A stretch of 64,000 bases of DNA from an uncultured delta proteobacterium. Its GTDB lineage: Bacteria; Myxococcota; Myxococcia; Myxococcales; Myxococcaceae. Location: NCBI GenBank assembly GCA_963776345.1, contig CAVZMH010000012.1, positions 124,502 to 188,501 of the forward strand, in the 5' to 3' direction. Both the position numbers and the translations under genes were made by a program. Numbering within the stretch: the first letter of the stretch is position 1; every line of letters starts with the position of its first letter. Of this stretch, positions 31,610 through 41,917 are shown piece after piece. The notes beneath the pieces were generated by a model. It ran no database searches. It was not told where the DNA came from and saw only the letters and a list, made by a program, of their open reading frames with translations.

Positions 31610-32557
31610 GTGACGGCGACGCATCGCGGCCGGTTCGCCCCGAGTCCCACGGGGCGGCTCCACCTCGGCAATGCCTGGGCGGCGGTGCTCGGCTGGTTGT
31701 GGGCCCGCTCGGAAGGCGGGGAGTTCCTGCTCCGGATCGAGGACCTGGACACCGCGCGGGCCCGGCAGGAGCTCACCGAGGCGCTCCTCGCCGACCTCGA
31801 CTGGCTCGGTCTGACCTTCGACGGACCTCCCATCTTCCAGAGCCGGCGCCTGGACCTCTACCGTGCTGCGTTCGAGCGGCTGCGGGCGGCCGGCAGGGTC
31901 TATCCGTGCCACTGCACACGGAGCGAGATCGCCCGCGCGGTCGCCGCCCCGCATGGCCCGGCGGACGAGGGGCCTCGCTACCCCGGCACGTGCCTCGCGC
32001 TCTCCGAGGACGAGAGCGCCGAGCGCTCCCGGACGCGCCCGCCGGCCTGGCGGTTCCGCCCCCGCGAGGGCAGCACCGAGGTGCGGGACCTGCTGCACGG
32101 CTCCTTCGCCCAGGACGTCGCGCAGGAGGTCGGCGACTTCGCGGTGCTGCGGAACGACGGCGTTCCGAGCTACCAGCTCGCGGTGGTGGTCGACGACGCG
32201 GCGATGGGCATCACCCACGTGCTCCGTGGTGACGACCTGCTCGCCTCCACGCCGCGGCAGGTCCAGCTCTGCGAGGCGCTCGGGCTCCCGGTTCCGGTCT
32301 ACGCCCACGTGCCGCTGCTCCTCGGGCCGGACGGCAAGCGCCTCGCCAAGCGCGCGGGAACGCCGAGCCTCGCCCACCTGCGAGAGCGCCGTGTCACTCC
32401 GGAGCGGCTGGTGGGGCTGCTCGCCGGCTGGGCCGGCCTCGGCGACGGGAGGCCCGTGTCACTCCAGGCCCTGGTCCCCCGCTTCGCGCTCGACCGGCTC
32501 CCCCGCGCCCCGGTCGCGGTCGACCCGTCCGCCGTCCACGATGTCCTGTTCCGCTGA
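31610..32557 (+). CDS. gluQ: tRNA glutamyl-Q(34) synthetase
   Basis: GRFAPSPTGRLHLGN, LRIEDLD, CHCTR, YQLAVVVDD, THVLRGDDL, RLAKR; no anticodon-binding domain. Confidence 0.92.
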   Translation: MTATHRGRFAPSPTGRLHLGNAWAAVLGWLWARSEGGEFLLRIEDLDTARARQELTEALLADLDWLGLTFDGPPIFQSRRLDLYRAAFERLRAAGRVYPCHCTRSEIARAVAAPHGPADEGPRYPGTCLALSEDESAERSRTRPPAWRFRPREGSTEVRDLLHGSFAQDVAQEVGDFAVLRNDGVPSYQLAVVVDDAAMGITHVLRGDDLLASTPRQVQLCEALGLPVPVYAHVPLLLGPDGKRLAKRAGTPSLAHLRERRVTPERLVGLLAGWAGLGDGRPVSLQALVPRFALDRLPRAPVAVDPSAVHDVLFR

Positions 32558-32613
32558 GGCGGAGCGCCCTGCCTGGTGACGGCCGCCGTCACTGCGCGGT
32601 AGGACGCCTCGCG

Positions 32614-33213
32614 ATGACCTCCCGCATCCAGCCCGACGGCGCCCGCGTCGCGCTCCGCTGCGAGACGGATCCGCGCTGGCTCCCGAACGCCCTCGCGCAC
32701 CTCGACCAGGTGCTGGTCGACCACGCGCATTGCGAGAAGAAGGCCGCGGCGAACGCCCTCTCGCTGCTCCAGGCCTACCCCGAGGTGCCGGGCCTTCCCG
32801 GGCACATGGCACGGCTCGCACGCGAGGAGAGCGGGCACCTGGCGCGGGTGCTCCAGCTCCTCGAGAGGCGCGGACTCGCGCTCGGGCGCGACCCGGGAGA
32901 CCCCTACGCCCAGGCGCTCCAGGCGCTGGTCCGGACACCGGCGGCGCAGCGGCAGATGGACCGCTTCCTGGTCGCGGCGATCATCGAGGCCCGGAGCTGC
33001 GAGCGTCTCGCGCTGCTCGCCGGCGGACTCCCCGACCCGGAGCTGCGCCGGTTCTACGACGAGCTCGCCCGGAGCGAGGACGGGCACCAGAAGCTCTTCC
33101 TCCGGCTCGCCTCGCACGTGCACGACGAGGCGGTGGGGCCGCGCCTCGACCGGCTGCTGGAGGCCGAGGCGGAGCTGGTCCGGCGGCTGCCCATCCGCGC
33201 GGCGATCCACTGA
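32614..33213 (+). CDS. miaE: tRNA-(ms2io6A) hydroxylase MiaE family
   Basis: LVDHAHCEKKAA, LAREESGH, IIEARSCERL, ARSEDGH di-iron motifs. Confidence 0.92.
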   Translation: MTSRIQPDGARVALRCETDPRWLPNALAHLDQVLVDHAHCEKKAAANALSLLQAYPEVPGLPGHMARLAREESGHLARVLQLLERRGLALGRDPGDPYAQALQALVRTPAAQRQMDRFLVAAIIEARSCERLALLAGGLPDPELRRFYDELARSEDGHQKLFLRLASHVHDEAVGPRLDRLLEAEAELVRRLPIRAAIH

Positions 33214-33270
33214 CCCCGCGCTCGACGAGCCGCTCCCGGGCCCGGTCAGCTGGGCGAGCCGCGCGCTGGA

Positions 33271-34713
33271 CTACGCGCCGGGCGGGACCAGGTGGACCCC
33301 GCTCGGAGGCCGTATCCCCGGTCCGGTCTGCTCCCGCACCGAATGCGGACCGGTCCCGGACCCCGAGCCCTTCCGGACCTCCGCCCAGATGCGGGTCCGG
33401 CTGGTCTCGGGAAGAAACAGAGCTCCGACGAGCGCCGTGATCAGCGCGATGCCACAGGGCCAGACCAGGCCGATGTATCGATTGTTCGCTCCAAACGCGA
33501 GCTTGGTGGCGAGCACCGGAATGAGGCCGCCGAAGATGCCGTTGCCCAGGTGGTAGGGGATCGAGAGAGAGATGTACCGGGAGCGCGCCGGGAACCACTC
33601 CACCAGAAACGCCGCGATCGGACCGTAGGTCATGGCCACCAGGACCACCTGCGCAAACACCAGCGTCGTCATCAGCAATGGGTTGAACGGCGCCGCGGCC
33701 TTGCTCATCAGGATGTAGATCGGCACGAAGGAGATCGCCGCCAACAGATTCCCGGTCACCATGAGCCGCTTGCGGCCGATGACGTCGGACAGCGCGCCGA
33801 AGACGACGAACAGCGGGATCCCGCAGATGAGAGCGACGGACAGGATCGTCCATGCCGTCTCCCGGGGCAGCCCGAGCGTCTTGGTCATGAACAGCGAGGA
33901 GTAGAACTGGGCGGTGTACCAGATGACGCCCTGACCCGCGGTCGCGCCGAAGAGCGCGACCACCAGCTTCTTCCAGTTCCCGGCCGCGTCGGCGAGCGGC
34001 TCGCGCGAGAGACGGTGGTCACGCCGGATGCGTTCCCAGAGCGGCGATTCTCCGAGGTTGGTGCGTACCCACCCAGCGATTGCGAGGAGGAACAGCGAGA
34101 AGACGAAGGGCAGCCTCCAGCCCCACCGCGCGAACTCCGCGGCACCGAAGTACTGCTGCACGGCGAGGATGGTGGCCATCGAGATGAGGAGGCCAAGGCT
34201 CGCCGTGATCTGGACGAAGCTGGTGTAGTACCCACGTTCGCCGTCCGGAACGTTCTCCGCCACGTAAATTGCGGCTCCGCCGTACTCGCCCCCCAGCGCG
34301 AAGCCCTGAAGGAGCCTCATCATCACCAGGAGGATCGGCGCGGCCACGCCGATCTTCGCATACGGCGGAAGGATCCCGATGACGGTCGTGGCCCCGCCCA
34401 TGAGGAGGAGCGTCACGAGGAACGCGCTCTTGCGGCCCGCGAGGTCACCCATGCGGCCGAAGAACACCGCCCCGACGGGCCGGATGACGAACCCCGTCGC
34501 GTTCGCCGCGAGCGCCGTCAGCCAGCCGACCAGCGGATCGCCCGAGGGGAAGAACGCGGGCTGCATCACCGCGAACAGCGCCAGGTACAGGTAGAAGTCG
34601 TACCACTCGATGGTGGTGCCGGTGATGATCGACGCGATGAGCGCGCGCCGCCTCCGACGGTCACGGGTGTACGTCACGGCCTCGGTGCTGGCGGACACGG
34701 CGGGAGCGAGCAT
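33271..34713 (-). CDS. MFS transporter (metabolite:H+ symporter family)
   Basis: GTTIEWYDFY, RPVGAVFFGRMGDLAGRK, QGFALGGEYGGA, WGWRLPF. Confidence 0.92.
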   Translation of the reverse strand: MLAPAVSASTEAVTYTRDRRRRRALIASIITGTTIEWYDFYLYLALFAVMQPAFFPSGDPLVGWLTALAANATGFVIRPVGAVFFGRMGDLAGRKSAFLVTLLLMGGATTVIGILPPYAKIGVAAPILLVMMRLLQGFALGGEYGGAAIYVAENVPDGERGYYTSFVQITASLGLLISMATILAVQQYFGAAEFARWGWRLPFVFSLFLLAIAGWVRTNLGESPLWERIRRDHRLSREPLADAAGNWKKLVVALFGATAGQGVIWYTAQFYSSLFMTKTLGLPRETAWTILSVALICGIPLFVVFGALSDVIGRKRLMVTGNLLAAISFVPIYILMSKAAAPFNPLLMTTLVFAQVVLVAMTYGPIAAFLVEWFPARSRYISLSIPYHLGNGIFGGLIPVLATKLAFGANNRYIGLVWPCGIALITALVGALFLPETSRTRIWAEVRKGSGSGTGPHSVREQTGPGIRPPSGVHLVPPGA

Positions 34714-35025
34714 CGGAGCGCGGGATGCTAGCAGCCCCGGCCAAACCGCCATCCGGCGCGCACCGAGGCGCACACGGAGCGAGGCGTTCGAGCGCCGCTG
34801 GTTTCCACAGCCCAGCGGCTCGGACCGAGTCCGCCGAGGGCACGTCGCCCTCACGGATCTCCCGAGGACCTCGCGGACGAGAGCTCGTCGCGGAGCCGCC
34901 GAGCCGCCGGGCGGCGACCGGGAACGACCTCCAGGGCCGCGGGACCGTCCGCCTGCCCGCGCCCGAGGGGGTGAAAGAAGCCCCAGGTCAGCGCACCGTG
35001 CGGAGGCGCTCGCCGCGATGATGAG

Positions 35026-35291
35026 GCCGACGAGGTGTCGGCCGTCGAGGCCCGACGAGGTCTCCTCCGACGAGATGTCTCCGACGAGATGTCTCCGACG
35101 AGGTGTCTGACACCCTCCGAGGGACACCCTGCCGAAGGCCCTTCCGAGGCCGAGGCCGCCCCATTACGAGGTGTCTGACATTACGAGGTGTCATCTACGA
35201 GGTGTCTGACACCTTCTCACTACGAGGTGTCTGACACCTTCCGAAACAGTCCATTACGAGGTGTCTGACACCTTCCGAAACACCTTCCGAG
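35026..35291. repeat. REP-like repeat locus 8 (multi-core)
   Basis: CCGACGAG(G/A)TGTC units; four full GGTGTCTGACACC cores plus one truncated core. Confidence 0.9.
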
Positions 35292-35511
35292 AGGCGCTCC
35301 GCAGGCATCGCCGCGACTGCCTCCGCCGCAGCGTCCGCTGCGCCGCGCTTTCGCGCCGCGTCAGCACGCGCAGCCCTTGCTAATCCTCCGGATGAGCGCA
35401 CAAGGTGTTCGCCCCGATGCGTCGCCCCGGATCGGCGACACTTGGGTGCACAGCCGGCCGGAGGCTGTATTAGAGGGCCCTCTCCTCAATATTCGTTCGG
35501 GAGATGAACTG

Positions 35512-37293
35512 ATGGCGAGCCAGATCGACGGGAGCACGACGTCGCTCACCAAGAACAAGGCACTGCTCGACTGGGTGCGGGACTGTGCCGCGCTCGTCCA
35601 GCCGGACCGCATCGTCTGGTGCGACGGCTCGGAGGCCGAGAAGGAACGACTCACCAAGCACGCGGTCGACACCGGGGTGCTGATCCCGCTCAATCCCAAG
35701 AAGCGACCGGGCTGCTACCTGCACCGCTCGAACCCGAACGACGTGGCGCGCGTCGAGCACCTCACCTTCATCTGCACCAAGACCAAGGAAGCCGCGGGAC
35801 CGACCAACAACTGGATGGCGCCCGAGGAGGCCTACGGGAAGCTGACCAAGCTGTTCCACGGCTCGATGAAGGGCCGGACCCTGTACGTCATCCCGTACCT
35901 CATGGGTCCCGTCGGCTCGCCGCTGACGAAGGTGGGCATCGAGATCACCGACAGCGTGTACGTGGCCCTCAACATGCGGATCATGACCCGCATGGGGAAG
36001 GCCGCGCTGGACGTGCTCGGCGACTCCAACGACTTCAACCGCGGGCTTCACTGCACCGGCGACGTCAACCCCGAGCGCCGCTTCATCTGCCACTTTCCCC
36101 AGGACAACACCATCTGGAGCTTCGGCTCGGGCTACGGCGGCAACGCGCTCCTCGGGAAGAAGTGCCTCGCGCTCCGCATCGGCAGCTGGCTCGGCAAGGA
36201 CGAGGGCTGGTTCGCCGAGCACATGCTGATCCTCGGGGTGGAGAGCCCCGACGGGCAGATGACCTACGTCACCGGCGCGTTCCCCTCGGCCTGCGGCAAG
36301 ACCAACTTCGCGATGATGATTCCCCCCAAGCGGTTCGCGGGGTGGAAGGTCTGGACCGTCGGCGACGACATCACCTGGATGCGGGTTGGCAAGGACGGCC
36401 GGCTCTGGGCGGTGAACCCCGAGAATGGCTACTTCGGCGTCGCCCCGGGCACCAACTTCGCGTCGAACCCGAACGCGATGATGACCATCGCCAAGGACAC
36501 CATCTTCACCAACGTCGCCATGACCAAGGACGGCGATGTGTGGTGGGAGGGGATCGACGGCGAGGTCCCCGACGAACTCATCGACTGGCAGGGCCGCCCC
36601 TGGAAGAAGGGCTCGCCGGAGAAGGCCGCACACCCGAACGCGCGCTTCACCGCGCCGATGACCAACAACCCGGTGCTCAGCAAGCACGTGAACGACCCCG
36701 AGGGCGTGCCCATCAGCGCCATCGTCTTCGGCGGCCGCCGTGCGACGACCGTTCCTCTGGTCCTGCAGAGCTTCAACTGGGCGCACGGCGTGTTCCTCGG
36801 CGCGACGCTCGGTTCGGAGACCACCGCCGCCGCCGCCGGGAAGGTGGGCGTGGTGCGACGAGACCCGATGGCCATGCTTCCCTTCACCGGGTACAACATG
36901 GGCGAGTACCTCCAGCACTGGCTGGACATGCAGGCGAAGATTCCGTACCCGCCCAAGCTCTTCCAGGTGAACTGGTTCCGGAAGGGGCAGGACGGCAAGT
37001 TCCTCTGGCCGGGCTTCGGCGAGAACATGCGGGTGCTGAAGTGGATCGTCGACCGGGCGCACGTCCGCGTCGGCGGCCAGGAGACCCCGTTCGGCTGGGT
37101 GCCCAAGGCAGGCGACCTGGACCTCTCCGAGCTGGACATCCCGCCGGAGAAGGTGGACGAGGCCACCGCCATCAACCCCGAGGAGTGGAAGAAGGAGCTC
37201 ACCGACGAGGGCGAGTTCTTCGAGATGCTCGGGAAGACCGCGCCCGAGACGCTCCAGCTCCAGCGCAAGCTGCTCCTCTCTCGCCTGAGCTGA
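35512..37293 (+). CDS. pckG: Phosphoenolpyruvate carboxykinase (GTP)
   Basis: DVARVE, FGSGYGGNALLGKKCLALRI, AFPSACGKTN, VGDDI, HPNARF. Confidence 0.96.
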   Translation: MASQIDGSTTSLTKNKALLDWVRDCAALVQPDRIVWCDGSEAEKERLTKHAVDTGVLIPLNPKKRPGCYLHRSNPNDVARVEHLTFICTKTKEAAGPTNNWMAPEEAYGKLTKLFHGSMKGRTLYVIPYLMGPVGSPLTKVGIEITDSVYVALNMRIMTRMGKAALDVLGDSNDFNRGLHCTGDVNPERRFICHFPQDNTIWSFGSGYGGNALLGKKCLALRIGSWLGKDEGWFAEHMLILGVESPDGQMTYVTGAFPSACGKTNFAMMIPPKRFAGWKVWTVGDDITWMRVGKDGRLWAVNPENGYFGVAPGTNFASNPNAMMTIAKDTIFTNVAMTKDGDVWWEGIDGEVPDELIDWQGRPWKKGSPEKAAHPNARFTAPMTNNPVLSKHVNDPEGVPISAIVFGGRRATTVPLVLQSFNWAHGVFLGATLGSETTAAAAGKVGVVRRDPMAMLPFTGYNMGEYLQHWLDMQAKIPYPPKLFQVNWFRKGQDGKFLWPGFGENMRVLKWIVDRAHVRVGGQETPFGWVPKAGDLDLSELDIPPEKVDEATAINPEEWKKELTDEGEFFEMLGKTAPETLQLQRKLLLSRLS

Positions 37294-37309
37294 GGCCGCG
37301 CCGCTGGCC

Positions 37310-38107
37310 ATGACCAGCGTCCTCCCCTGGTGGGAAGGGTTCTTCGACCAGGAGTACGTACGGCTCTGGGGCCAGCTCTCCGCGCCGGGTGCCGATGAGG
37401 CGGCGTCGCTCTGGCGCATCCTCGGTCTGTCCGCGCGATGCCGGGTGCTGGACGCAGGTTGCGGCGACGGGCGGGTGGCGCTTCCACTCGCGCGTCTGGG
37501 AGCGATCGTCCTCGGAGTCGACCAGTCCGCCGCGCTGCTCGCCGAGGCGGAGCGCCGGCGGGGTGAGCTCCGCCCGGAGCGGCTCCGCTACCTCCGGCAC
37601 GATCTCCGGACCCCATTGGCCGAATCCGGGTTCGACGTCGCGATCAGCCTCTTCAGCTCTCTGGGGTACGGCACCGAGGCCGAGGACGCGGCGATCCTCC
37701 GCACCCTGACCTCGGCCGTCGGTGACGGTGGCCGTGTGGTCATCGACACGATGCACCGCGACGTCCTCGCGGCGCGACTCGCCCGGGACACCGTCCCGGC
37801 GCAGCGCCTGCCCGATGGGACGCTGCTGATCGAGGAGCCCCGGTTCGATCCGGTCGCAGGCAGGGTCGAGACCACCTGGTATTGGGCCGGGCCGGGTGGC
37901 TCGGGCCAGAGGTCGGCCTCGATCAGGGTCTACACGATCACCGAGCTGGTCCGGCTGATCGAGGCCGCGGGGCTGCGGTTCCGCGCCGCGCTCCATCCGG
38001 GCTCCGGCACGCCCTTCAGCCCGGCGGGCCCGTCGCTCGGCGGCCGGGTCCTTCTGGTGGCCGAACGGACGGTGTCCGGAGGCAGTCTCCCGGCGCCAGG
38101 CTCCTGA
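37310..38107 (+). CDS. Class I SAM-dependent methyltransferase
   Basis: RVLDAGCGDGR, FDVAISLFSSLGY. Confidence 0.88.
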   Translation: MTSVLPWWEGFFDQEYVRLWGQLSAPGADEAASLWRILGLSARCRVLDAGCGDGRVALPLARLGAIVLGVDQSAALLAEAERRRGELRPERLRYLRHDLRTPLAESGFDVAISLFSSLGYGTEAEDAAILRTLTSAVGDGGRVVIDTMHRDVLAARLARDTVPAQRLPDGTLLIEEPRFDPVAGRVETTWYWAGPGGSGQRSASIRVYTITELVRLIEAAGLRFRAALHPGSGTPFSPAGPSLGGRVLLVAERTVSGGSLPAPGS

Positions 38108-38239
38108 GGCGCCGGCCGGGTCCGCGGAATCATCCGGCGGCATGATGCGTTTGTGTTGCCGGTGCGGGCCCGACCAGGCATCACCTGCCCGGCAAGACGG
38201 GCCGGGCCGGCCCGCCCGCGCGCGGGAGAGGGGCGAGCA

Positions 38240-40879
38240 GTGTCGAAGCATCGGGCTTGGTGGGTGGCAGCGTTCGTGTGTGCTCCGGCGCTGGCCCTCG
38301 CCCAGGCCCCGGCGCCGCCGCCCCAGGCCACCGGGAGCGCCCCGGCCGCCGAGGCCGGCAAGCCCGCCGGACCGACGCTCACCCGCGCTCCCACGCTCGA
38401 GCGGTTCGTCGAGGCGCCCTACCCGCCCGAGGCCGAGGCCCAGAAGCTCGAGGGACGGGTGGTCCTGAGCATCGACCTCTCCGCCACCGGGGAGGTCACC
38501 CGCGCCGAGGTCGTCGAGCCCGCGGGCCACGGTTTCGACGAGGCCGCGCTCGACGCCGTTCGCCAGTTCCGCTTCACCCCCGCGGAGATCGACGGCAAGC
38601 CGAGCCCGGTTCGCATCACCTACGCCTACGACTTCGTCCTCCGCCCGGCGGCTGCCGCGGCCCAGGTGAAGCAGGAAGGCCCGGTCAACCTCACCGGCAG
38701 GGTCCTCGAGCGCGGCAACCGCAAGCCGCTCGCCGGCGCCGAGGTGGCGCTCCCGGCGCTGGGGATGAGCACCATCACCGACGAGCGCGGACAGTTCTCC
38801 TTCCGCGACGTGCCCGCGGGCAGCGTCCAGGTGGTCATCACCGCGAGCGAGTTCCAGCGCTTCGAGACCAACGAGCGCGTCGACGCCGGCCAGCAGACCC
38901 GGGCCACGTACCACGTCCTCCGGACCTTCTTCTCCCCCTACGAGACGGTGGTCCGCGGCGCTCGGGAGAAGAAGGAGGTCAGCCAGACCACCCTCTCGCT
39001 CCAGGAGATCCAGCGCATCCCCGGCACCACCGGCGACGCGCTCAAGGTCATCCAGAACCTCCCGGGCGTGGCGCGGCCTCCGCTCAACGGAGGGCTGATC
39101 GTCATCCGGGGAACCAGCCCGCGCGACTCGGGCATCTTCCTCGACGGCGAGCGCATCCCGCTGCTCTTCCACTTCGGCGGGCTCACCGCGGTCTACAACA
39201 GCGAGCTGCTCGAGGCGGTCGACTACCTCCCCGGGAACTTCTCCTCGTACTACGGCGGCGTGGTGGGCGGCGTGGTGGACGTGAAGAGCAGGAACCCCAA
39301 GACCGACGGGTTCCACGGGGTGCTCGAGGTCAACGCCTACAACGCGAACGTGGTCCTGGAGACGCCCATCACCGACACCCTGAGCATCGCCGGGGCCTAC
39401 CGTCGCTCGTACATCGACCTCATCCTGCCGCTGTTCCTCAAGGACGACTCGCCGAGCTTCACCGTCGCCCCGCGCTACGACGACGCGCAGCTCAAGCTGG
39501 TGTGGAAGCCCGACGCCAGGAACACCGTTCAGCTCCTCGGGCTCCACAGCCAGGACGCGCTCCAGCTCATCACCAAGAGCTCGATCTCCGGTGACCCGAC
39601 CATCGGCCGCGACTTCAAGAACGAGACCGGCTTCAACCAGTTCCGCCTCCGGCACACCCTGGTGGACGGCGCGTGGCGCGTTGACACCATCGGCGGCTTC
39701 GACCGGACCGAGGTGAACCTGAACATCGGCGGCCAGCGCGGGCTCGCCCTCGGCGTCAGCACGTGGGCCCTGCGCAGCACCGCCGAGCTCCGGCTGGAGG
39801 ACTGGATCACCCCCGCGGCCGGCGTGGACTGGACGTACAGCCGGGGCACCGTCAGCGCTGCGATCGGGCAGCCTCCGCGCGAGGGCCAGCCGGCCTACTT
39901 CGGGCCGACCCGGCAGGTGCTCTACGCGGACTCACCCTTCTGGCAGAGCCAGCTGGGCCTGTGGACCGAGCTCCGGCTGCGCCCGTTCCCCGCCCTCCTC
40001 GTCATCCCGGGCGTGCGGATGGACATCGTCACCATTCGCCTCCAGCAGACGCCCCTCGTGACCGCCGACCCGCGGCTGGCAGTGCGGTGGAGCGTTCTGC
40101 CAGCCGTGACCGTGAAAGGAGGCGTCGGGCTCTACCACTCCCCGCCCTCGCTCCAGGGCGGCGAGGCGGATCCCACGTTCGGCAACCCGGACCTCGGGAG
40201 CCGCTACGCGCTCCAGACCAGCGTGGGCGCCGAGTGGAACATCCTTCCCGACCTCTTCCTCAGCTTGGAGGGCTTCTACAACCGCCTCTGGGACGTCCCG
40301 GTGAGCACCAGCGCGCTCATCGAGCGAAACGGGCAGCTGGTCCCGCAGAACCTGGTCAACGAGGGCCGCGGGCGAATCTACGGATTCGAGGTGCTCTTTC
40401 GCCAGGCGCTCACCAAGCGGCTGTTCGGATGGATCGCCTACACCTTCTCGCGGAGCGAGCGCATCGACCACCCCGGCGCGAACTGGCGGCTCTTCGACTT
40501 CGACCAGACGCACGTGCTCACGGCGATCGCCAGCTACAAGCTGGGGGCCGGCTGGGAGATCGGAGGCCGTTTCCGCTACGCCACCGGCAACCCCCAGACC
40601 CCGGTGGTGGGCTCGGTGAAGGACGACCTCACCGACAGCTTCGTGCCCCTCTTCGGGCCGGTGAACTCGCTGCGGCTCCCGGCCTTCGCGCAGCTCGACG
40701 TGCGCATCGACAAGGTCTGGGTGTTCGACAACTGGTCGCTGGACCTCTACCTGGACGTCCAGAACGTGACCAACACCCGCAGCGTCGAGGGCACGCAGTA
40801 CAACTACAACTACTCGCAGAAGGGCCAGTTCGAGGGGCTTCCGATCGTGCCCATCCTGGGCGTGAAGGGGACGTGGTGA
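38240..40879 (+). CDS. TonB-dependent receptor with an N-terminal TonB C-terminal-like domain and a carboxypeptidase-regulatory-like domain
   Basis: PYPPEAEAQKLEGRVVL..GFDEAALDAVRQFRFTPA; TDERGQFSF; plug IQRIPGTTGDALKVIQNLPGV; barrel ending GVKGTW. Confidence 0.88.
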   Translation: MSKHRAWWVAAFVCAPALALAQAPAPPPQATGSAPAAEAGKPAGPTLTRAPTLERFVEAPYPPEAEAQKLEGRVVLSIDLSATGEVTRAEVVEPAGHGFDEAALDAVRQFRFTPAEIDGKPSPVRITYAYDFVLRPAAAAAQVKQEGPVNLTGRVLERGNRKPLAGAEVALPALGMSTITDERGQFSFRDVPAGSVQVVITASEFQRFETNERVDAGQQTRATYHVLRTFFSPYETVVRGAREKKEVSQTTLSLQEIQRIPGTTGDALKVIQNLPGVARPPLNGGLIVIRGTSPRDSGIFLDGERIPLLFHFGGLTAVYNSELLEAVDYLPGNFSSYYGGVVGGVVDVKSRNPKTDGFHGVLEVNAYNANVVLETPITDTLSIAGAYRRSYIDLILPLFLKDDSPSFTVAPRYDDAQLKLVWKPDARNTVQLLGLHSQDALQLITKSSISGDPTIGRDFKNETGFNQFRLRHTLVDGAWRVDTIGGFDRTEVNLNIGGQRGLALGVSTWALRSTAELRLEDWITPAAGVDWTYSRGTVSAAIGQPPREGQPAYFGPTRQVLYADSPFWQSQLGLWTELRLRPFPALLVIPGVRMDIVTIRLQQTPLVTADPRLAVRWSVLPAVTVKGGVGLYHSPPSLQGGEADPTFGNPDLGSRYALQTSVGAEWNILPDLFLSLEGFYNRLWDVPVSTSALIERNGQLVPQNLVNEGRGRIYGFEVLFRQALTKRLFGWIAYTFSRSERIDHPGANWRLFDFDQTHVLTAIASYKLGAGWEIGGRFRYATGNPQTPVVGSVKDDLTDSFVPLFGPVNSLRLPAFAQLDVRIDKVWVFDNWSLDLYLDVQNVTNTRSVEGTQYNYNYSQKGQFEGLPIVPILGVKGTW

Positions 40880-41757
40880 TGCGGCGCGGGCTGTGGGCAC
40901 TGGCCGGAGGAGGCATCGCGCTGCTGGTGGCGCTCGCCTGTGGACCCACCCTCGAGAACCAGAGCCAGCTGCTCGCGCGGGTGCGCCTCCTGGCGCTCCG
41001 GGCCGACCCGCCGGAGGCGAACCTCGAGGACGGGGGGATTCCGCCGCCGATCACCTTCGAGCCGCTGGCGTATCCGGACGGTGGGCTGACCTTCCGGCTC
41101 GCGCTCTGCGGCCCGGGGAACCCGTTCGCCGCGGACTACGACTGCCCCGGGAGCAACGGCCTCGATCTGCCGGGTCTGGTGCTCGATGCCGCGCGGCCCG
41201 AGGTGCTGGCATTCCTCCAGTCGGCGTTCGGGTCGGTGGCCGCGCTCGACGGAGGCATCAACGTCACCGAGCCCGGTGTCGCGCAGATCGCCGTCGGTTA
41301 CGAGCTGGCCCGCGTGGACGCGGGCACGGACCCCGCCAACCGCGAGCGCGGCATCTACCGGCTGGCGGTGCGCTTCTCCGGAGCGCCGAACCACAACCCG
41401 GAGCTGCTCGACGTCACGCTCCCCGACGGGGGCCCGCTGCAGGGAGCGGTGCTCCCGCTGAACCAGGAGATCCGCCTCTATCCGCACATCCCCGACGGGG
41501 GTCCGGGCGGAATCGAGACCTACCCCGGCCTCGACGGCGGCGTGCAGCACGAGCGCTTCAGCTACAGCTGGGCGGCGACCGCGGGCGAGGTGGTGGAGTT
41601 CCGCTCCGCCGAGCCCATCCCGGAGGACCCGAACGCCACCAGCGACATCCGGTTCCGGACGCACGAGACGCCGACCCCGGTGCGCTTCTACGTGGTGCTG
41701 CGCGATCTGCGCGGAGGCGTGGCCTGGCGGGTGTTCGACGCCACGCTCGGCCCGTGA
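40879..41757 (+). CDS. Lipoprotein partner of the TonB-dependent receptor
   Basis: LVALAC lipobox; RLLALRADPPE; NHNP; FYVVLRDLRGGVAW; TGATG coupling. Confidence 0.75.
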   Translation: MRRGLWALAGGGIALLVALACGPTLENQSQLLARVRLLALRADPPEANLEDGGIPPPITFEPLAYPDGGLTFRLALCGPGNPFAADYDCPGSNGLDLPGLVLDAARPEVLAFLQSAFGSVAALDGGINVTEPGVAQIAVGYELARVDAGTDPANRERGIYRLAVRFSGAPNHNPELLDVTLPDGGPLQGAVLPLNQEIRLYPHIPDGGPGGIETYPGLDGGVQHERFSYSWAATAGEVVEFRSAEPIPEDPNATSDIRFRTHETPTPVRFYVVLRDLRGGVAWRVFDATLGP

Positions 41758-41797
41758 GCGTCGCCCGGCGTCGTGGCTCCGTCGCCCGTCAGGGGGC

Positions 41798-41872
41798 CAT
41801 TACGAGGTGTCTGACACCTCCCGTCGCCTCCCGTCGACCTCCCCGCCGGTAACGAGGTGTTTGGCACCTCGA
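41798..41872. repeat. REP-like repeat locus 9
   Basis: CATTACGAGGTGTCTGACACCTCCCGTCG-CCTCCCGTCG; second variant core ACGAGGTGTTTGGCACCTCG. Confidence 0.85.
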
Positions 41873-41917
41873 AAAAGGTCCGAGATCCAGGCTGTTACGC
41901 GACGTGGCGGGAACCTT

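Noticed and set aside
35362..35382. Sigma-54-like promoters upstream of pckG and of the hemolysin-family gene (about 21215-21230)
   Set aside because: No GG at -24 in the first; GG-GC spacing is 9 rather than 10 in the second
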